The translations under genes and the position numbers were made by a program. Of a stretch of 64,000 nt of DNA, positions 60,168-64,000 are shown piece after piece. The notes beneath the pieces were generated by a model. It did no database searches and was not told the origin of the DNA. It saw nothing but the letters and a program-made list of their open reading frames with translations. The DNA comes from an uncultured delta proteobacterium (GTDB lineage Bacteria > Desulfobacterota > Binatia > Binatales > Binataceae). Positions within the stretch are counted from its first letter, which is position 1. Each line of letters begins with the position of its first letter. The stretch is taken from positions 1,688,474 to 1,752,473 of the forward strand of contig CAVRVY010000004.1 of assembly GCA_963724765.1 (NCBI GenBank). Direction: 5' to 3'.

Positions 60168-60360
60168 CTAAATGAACCCACCGGCTTTAGCGCACGCTTC
60201 GCACAGATAACTTTCCCCAAAGAATACGAAATCGTGCTTGACCCAGCCTTCAAGTGACGATCTTTCTATTTCGCTCCGACCCAGCTTCAGGCGCTTCGGA
60301 CGTAGGATGACAGAACACTCGGGCCGCCTTCGGCACAATCTGCACACGATTCTGCTACGA
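60168..60360 (-). CDS. small putative zinc-finger protein (N-terminus uncertain)
   Basis: CRLC..YLCEAC. Confidence 0.35.
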
Positions 60361-60399
60361 GGACCAAATTGAGGGAGATCTTGACGAAGCACCAGAAAC

Positions 60400-61092
60400 T
60401 CAGGGGACGGTGGCGAGGCCGAGCGAGTCGGCGTCCCGTCCTACGGCTACCGGTGGGTGACACTCCAGCTGCGTCGCAACGGCGTCACGGTAAACCACAA
60501 GAAGGCGATGAAGCTCATGCGCGAGCAGGCGCTCAGCGTGCGGCCGCGGCGCCGTTACATGAAGACGACCGACAGCGATCATGGCGGCCGTATCTTTTCC
60601 AACCTCGCCAGGGACATCGCACCGACCGGTCCCAACCAGCTCTTGGTTGCCGATCTGACCTACATCGCGATCGCGCGGAACTTCGCGTATCTCGCTGTCA
60701 TCCTGGATGCCTGGTCGCGACGCGTGGTTGGCTATGCGCTGGCGCGCTTCATGGCCTGACGCTGGCCGCTCTGAAGTCGGCGATTGAGAGTCGAAAGCCG
60801 CCAGCCGGATGTGTCCATCATTCAGATCGAGGATCCCAATACGCGGCCGAGGCATACCGCGAACTGCTCGCGGCCCACGGACTGCGGGGCTCGATGGGCC
60901 GGCGCGGCAACCCCTACGACAATGTCCAGGCCGAGAGCTTCATGAAGACGCTCAAGGTCGAGGCTGTCTACCGGGCGGAGTATGAGACGTTCATTGACCT
61001 GGTCGCCGACCTGCCGCACTTCATCGACAAGATCTACAACGCGACCCGGCTCCATTCCGCACTCGGCTATCGGAGCCCGATCGATTTCGAGG
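60400..61092 (+). mobile_element. IS3-family OrfB transposase pseudogene
   Basis: [23 protein letters not shown], frameshift, [33 protein letters not shown]. Confidence 0.88.
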
Positions 61093-61250
61093 TTCAACAT
61101 GGAGATAAGCGAGATTCCCGCGTGAGCGCGGCTCGCGGCAAAATCGACTCTCGGACCAACATACAGAAAGTGGTACAAACTCTGACAGCAGGCCGTACGT
61201 TTATCGAGGTATGACAAGGGCGACGATTTTCAGGGGTCGGAGGGCAGACC

Positions 61251-62480
61251 ATGGAATTTGTCGAATACGATCTGACGCTGAGCGATGAGCAGCGTGAGAT
61301 TCGGGACACCGCCCGCAAATTTGCGAGTGAGGTGCTGCGGCCGATCGGCATTGCGCTGGACAAAATGGCGTCCGAGGCTGTGACCGCTCCCGGTTCTCCT
61401 TTCTTCGGCGTGCTGCGCCACGCACATGAGCTGGGTTTCGACCGGATGTCGGGTGAACTCGACCAAGGTGGTTTGGGAGCATCGCCGCTAACGCAGCACA
61501 TCGTGCTCGAGGAGCTATCCTACGGAAACGCGGGACTGGCGGGTTCCATCCTGCTGTCGGCCTTTCCACCGGAGGCCGCGATGGCCACCGCCAACCCCGA
61601 ACTTATCGAAGAATTCGCGGCGCCGCATTATGCCGGGACGGGGGAGCAAAGGATCGGTGCTTGGGCGATCACCGAGCCCGATCACGGTTCCGACACGCTC
61701 GGTCTTGTGCGCCCGGAACTGCGGGTGAAAGGGCGGGGCCAGCTTATCGCGCGCCGGGACGGGGACTCGTGGATACTCAGCGGCCAGAAATCGTCGTGGG
61801 TATCCAACGGGCCAGTCGCCACCCACGCGGTGCTGTTCCTCCAGCTTGAACCCGAGCGCGGACTGGAGCGTGGCGGCGTATGTCTCCTGCCGCTGAACCT
61901 GCCCGGGATTTCGCGCGGCAAGCCGCTCGATAAGCACGGGCTGCGCGCGCTCCCCCAAGGCCCGATCTTCTTCGACGAGGTGCGTCTTCCGCGCCGCTAT
62001 ATGATCGTCGAAGCAGACGCATACCCGACATACCTGGACTTTACACTGACCGCCTTCAACGCCGGCGTCAGCGCGATGGGGGCCGGAATTGCGCGCGCCG
62101 CCTTCGAGTCCGCGCTCGTCTACACCAAGGGGCGGGTCCAGGGTGGACGAGTGACTTTTGAGCATCAAGCGGTGCGCGCACGGCTGTTCCACATGTTCTC
62201 GCTGGTGCAGGCGGCGGAATCGTTGTCGCGCAACGTTTACGTTTACAACCTCAGCCAGCTGCGCGACGGCCGTCCGGCGCCGCTCCATTACTCGATCGCG
62301 GCCAAGGTTTTTTGCACCGACGCGGCACTTGAAGTCGCCACGCTCGCCGTGCAGCTTCACGGCGGTAACGGGATGACCAAGGAGTATGTGGTCGAGATGC
62401 TGCTGAGGGATGCGACCGCCTGCACTATTGCAGACGGGGAAAACGCATTCCTGAGCCAGGTTGGCGCTTCGATGCTCTAA
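61251..62480 (+). CDS. acyl-CoA dehydrogenase
   Basis: WAITEPDHGSD, GQKSSWVSNG, QLHGGNG..EY..LRDA. Confidence 0.93.
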   Translation: MEFVEYDLTLSDEQREIRDTARKFASEVLRPIGIALDKMASEAVTAPGSPFFGVLRHAHELGFDRMSGELDQGGLGASPLTQHIVLEELSYGNAGLAGSILLSAFPPEAAMATANPELIEEFAAPHYAGTGEQRIGAWAITEPDHGSDTLGLVRPELRVKGRGQLIARRDGDSWILSGQKSSWVSNGPVATHAVLFLQLEPERGLERGGVCLLPLNLPGISRGKPLDKHGLRALPQGPIFFDEVRLPRRYMIVEADAYPTYLDFTLTAFNAGVSAMGAGIARAAFESALVYTKGRVQGGRVTFEHQAVRARLFHMFSLVQAAESLSRNVYVYNLSQLRDGRPAPLHYSIAAKVFCTDAALEVATLAVQLHGGNGMTKEYVVEMLLRDATACTIADGENAFLSQVGASML

Positions 62481-62619
62481 TCGGTTGATGGAGGAATCGT
62501 CCTCATCGAGGATGGTTGCAACGTTCACCGGCTTGGCGGTTTCGGCCGCAATGGTCTATCGTCTGTTACAGGAAGAGCAGACGGACGCAGCCCGGCGGGC
62601 GGGCAAAGGAGATGCTCAC

Positions 62620-63867
62620 ATGCGAGAAGTTTCAGTCATCGGCGCGGGTATGGTGAAGTTCGGCAAGTATCTGAACACGGGCATGAAAGTCCTCGCACGT
62701 GACGCGATTAACAATGCGCTTACGACCGCGGGACTCGAGCAGAGGCAGGTCCAGGCCGCCGTGGTCGGCAACGCGATGGCCGGCCTGATCACTGGCCAGG
62801 AATGCATCCGCGGCCAGGTGGTGTTGCGTGAGATGGGCATCGGCGGCATCCCCATCATCAATTGCGAGAACGCCTGCGCCAGCTCCGCGACCGCCTTTCA
62901 CCTGGCCTGGCTCTACGTTGCGTCGGGAATGTACGATGTGGTGCTGGCCCTGGGAATGGAAAAGCTCTACCACGCCGACAAGAGGAGATCCTTCGCAGCG
63001 ATCGGCTCGGCGGTGGACATCGAATTGATGGAGCAGATGATCGCCGAGATGAACGCGCAGCAGGCGAAGCTCAAGGCCGAGCGCGAGGCCCGCGGAGAAG
63101 CGCCGGCGCCCGGCGGGGCCGGCGAGTCGCGCTCGATGTTCATGGATTTCTACGCCGATTTCGCGCGCGCGCACATGCAACGCTACGGGACGACCAAGGA
63201 TCAGTTCGCACGGATCGCGGTCAAGAACCATCGCAACGGCAGCCTCAATCCTCACGCGCAATACCAGGACGTCTATACCCTCGAGGATATTCTGAACTCG
63301 CCGGTCGTGGCCGAGCCGCTGACCCGCCTGATGTGCTCTCCGATTGGCGACGGTGCGGCGGCCGCGATACTGTGCGCCTCGTCGATCGCTGAGCGCTACA
63401 CGAGCAAACCGGTCCGTGTGCTCGCTTCAACTTTGTCCTCCGGGGCCGACCATGGCCCGGACGAACCTGGGGTGGTGCCCCGCGTTGTAAAACAAGCGTA
63501 CGAAAGGGCAGGAGTGGGGCCGAAGGATCTCAGTGTTATCGAACTGCACGACGCCTCTGCGCCGGCCGAGTTGGTCCTTTACGAAGAGCTTGATCTGTGC
63601 GGGCCCGGTGAGGGCGGCAAGCTGATCGACGAGGGGGTGACCGAAATCACCGGCCGCATCCCTGTGAACCCGTCGGGCGGGCTCCTCTCCAAGGGTCATC
63701 CGGTGGGCGCGACGGGAGTCGCGCAAATCTGCGAAATTTTCTGGCAGCTGCGCGGCGAAGCTGGCAAGCGCCAAGTCGCAAATCCTAGGATCGGACTGAC
63801 CGAAAACGGCGGAGGCATGGTACGCGGGGAAGCGGCAGCGCTGTCTATCCACGTTTTCGGCATCTGA
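62620..63867 (+). CDS. thiolase-family (SCP-x-like) protein
   Basis: ENACASSA, KNHRNG, CSPIGDGAAA, ELHDA, SGGLLSKGHPVGATG. Confidence 0.93.
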   Translation: MREVSVIGAGMVKFGKYLNTGMKVLARDAINNALTTAGLEQRQVQAAVVGNAMAGLITGQECIRGQVVLREMGIGGIPIINCENACASSATAFHLAWLYVASGMYDVVLALGMEKLYHADKRRSFAAIGSAVDIELMEQMIAEMNAQQAKLKAEREARGEAPAPGGAGESRSMFMDFYADFARAHMQRYGTTKDQFARIAVKNHRNGSLNPHAQYQDVYTLEDILNSPVVAEPLTRLMCSPIGDGAAAAILCASSIAERYTSKPVRVLASTLSSGADHGPDEPGVVPRVVKQAYERAGVGPKDLSVIELHDASAPAELVLYEELDLCGPGEGGKLIDEGVTEITGRIPVNPSGGLLSKGHPVGATGVAQICEIFWQLRGEAGKRQVANPRIGLTENGGGMVRGEAAALSIHVFGI

Positions 63868-64000
63868 GATCGTTCGCGCTGCGGCAAGGCGCGGTTCGTC
63901 GAGCGGGTGAACAGAGCAATCGCGCGATTCGAGGGGTGGCGCTTTTCAAACGGTGAGCGGTAGATAGATTGCGGCTACACCGCTCGCAGACGGCTCCCGC

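Noticed and set aside
61515-62528. Long antisense ORFs (also 3245-4030, 20129-21019, 30248-31120)
   Set aside because: GC-rich shadow frames of well-supported genes on the opposite strand
1-64000. CRISPR array, rRNA or intact tRNA
   Set aside because: No regularly spaced repeats or complete structural RNA genes of these types seen by eye

Overview
GC-rich bacterial accessory region. The gene style suggests Candidatus Binatota or a Deltaproteobacteria-related lineage, but this is inference only. The left half (1-33.9 kb) appears to be a decaying island bounded on the right by a deleted tyrosine integrase and a tRNA-Leu 3' fragment. It carries a stress/dormancy gene set (USP, CBS, HPF-CSD, Hsp20, nitroreductase, CapA, and remnants of RtcA, RtcB, NrdJ, PncA and Amn), PhaC, PEPCK, and a hydrolase-LLM-cytochrome c oxidase operon with a sigma54 activator; several of these genes have sigma54 -24/-12 promoters. 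The right half contains a DUF2924/serine-recombinase element, an intact four-gene soluble di-iron monooxygenase (group-6-like order) preceded by an epoxide hydrolase, and an IS1595 element with passenger genes (DUF3800-like). That element has 27-bp perfect IRs and an 8-bp TSD and sits in the apex of a ~197-nt rod-shaped 6S-like RNA. Further right are DUF3300/DUF2950, an IS481-like element, an SDR-E1a-E1b-E2 cluster whose E2 is fused to an OsmC-like domain with no E3 nearby, acyl-CoA dehydrogenases and a thiolase. All family calls come from motif recognition by eye; no database searches were run.
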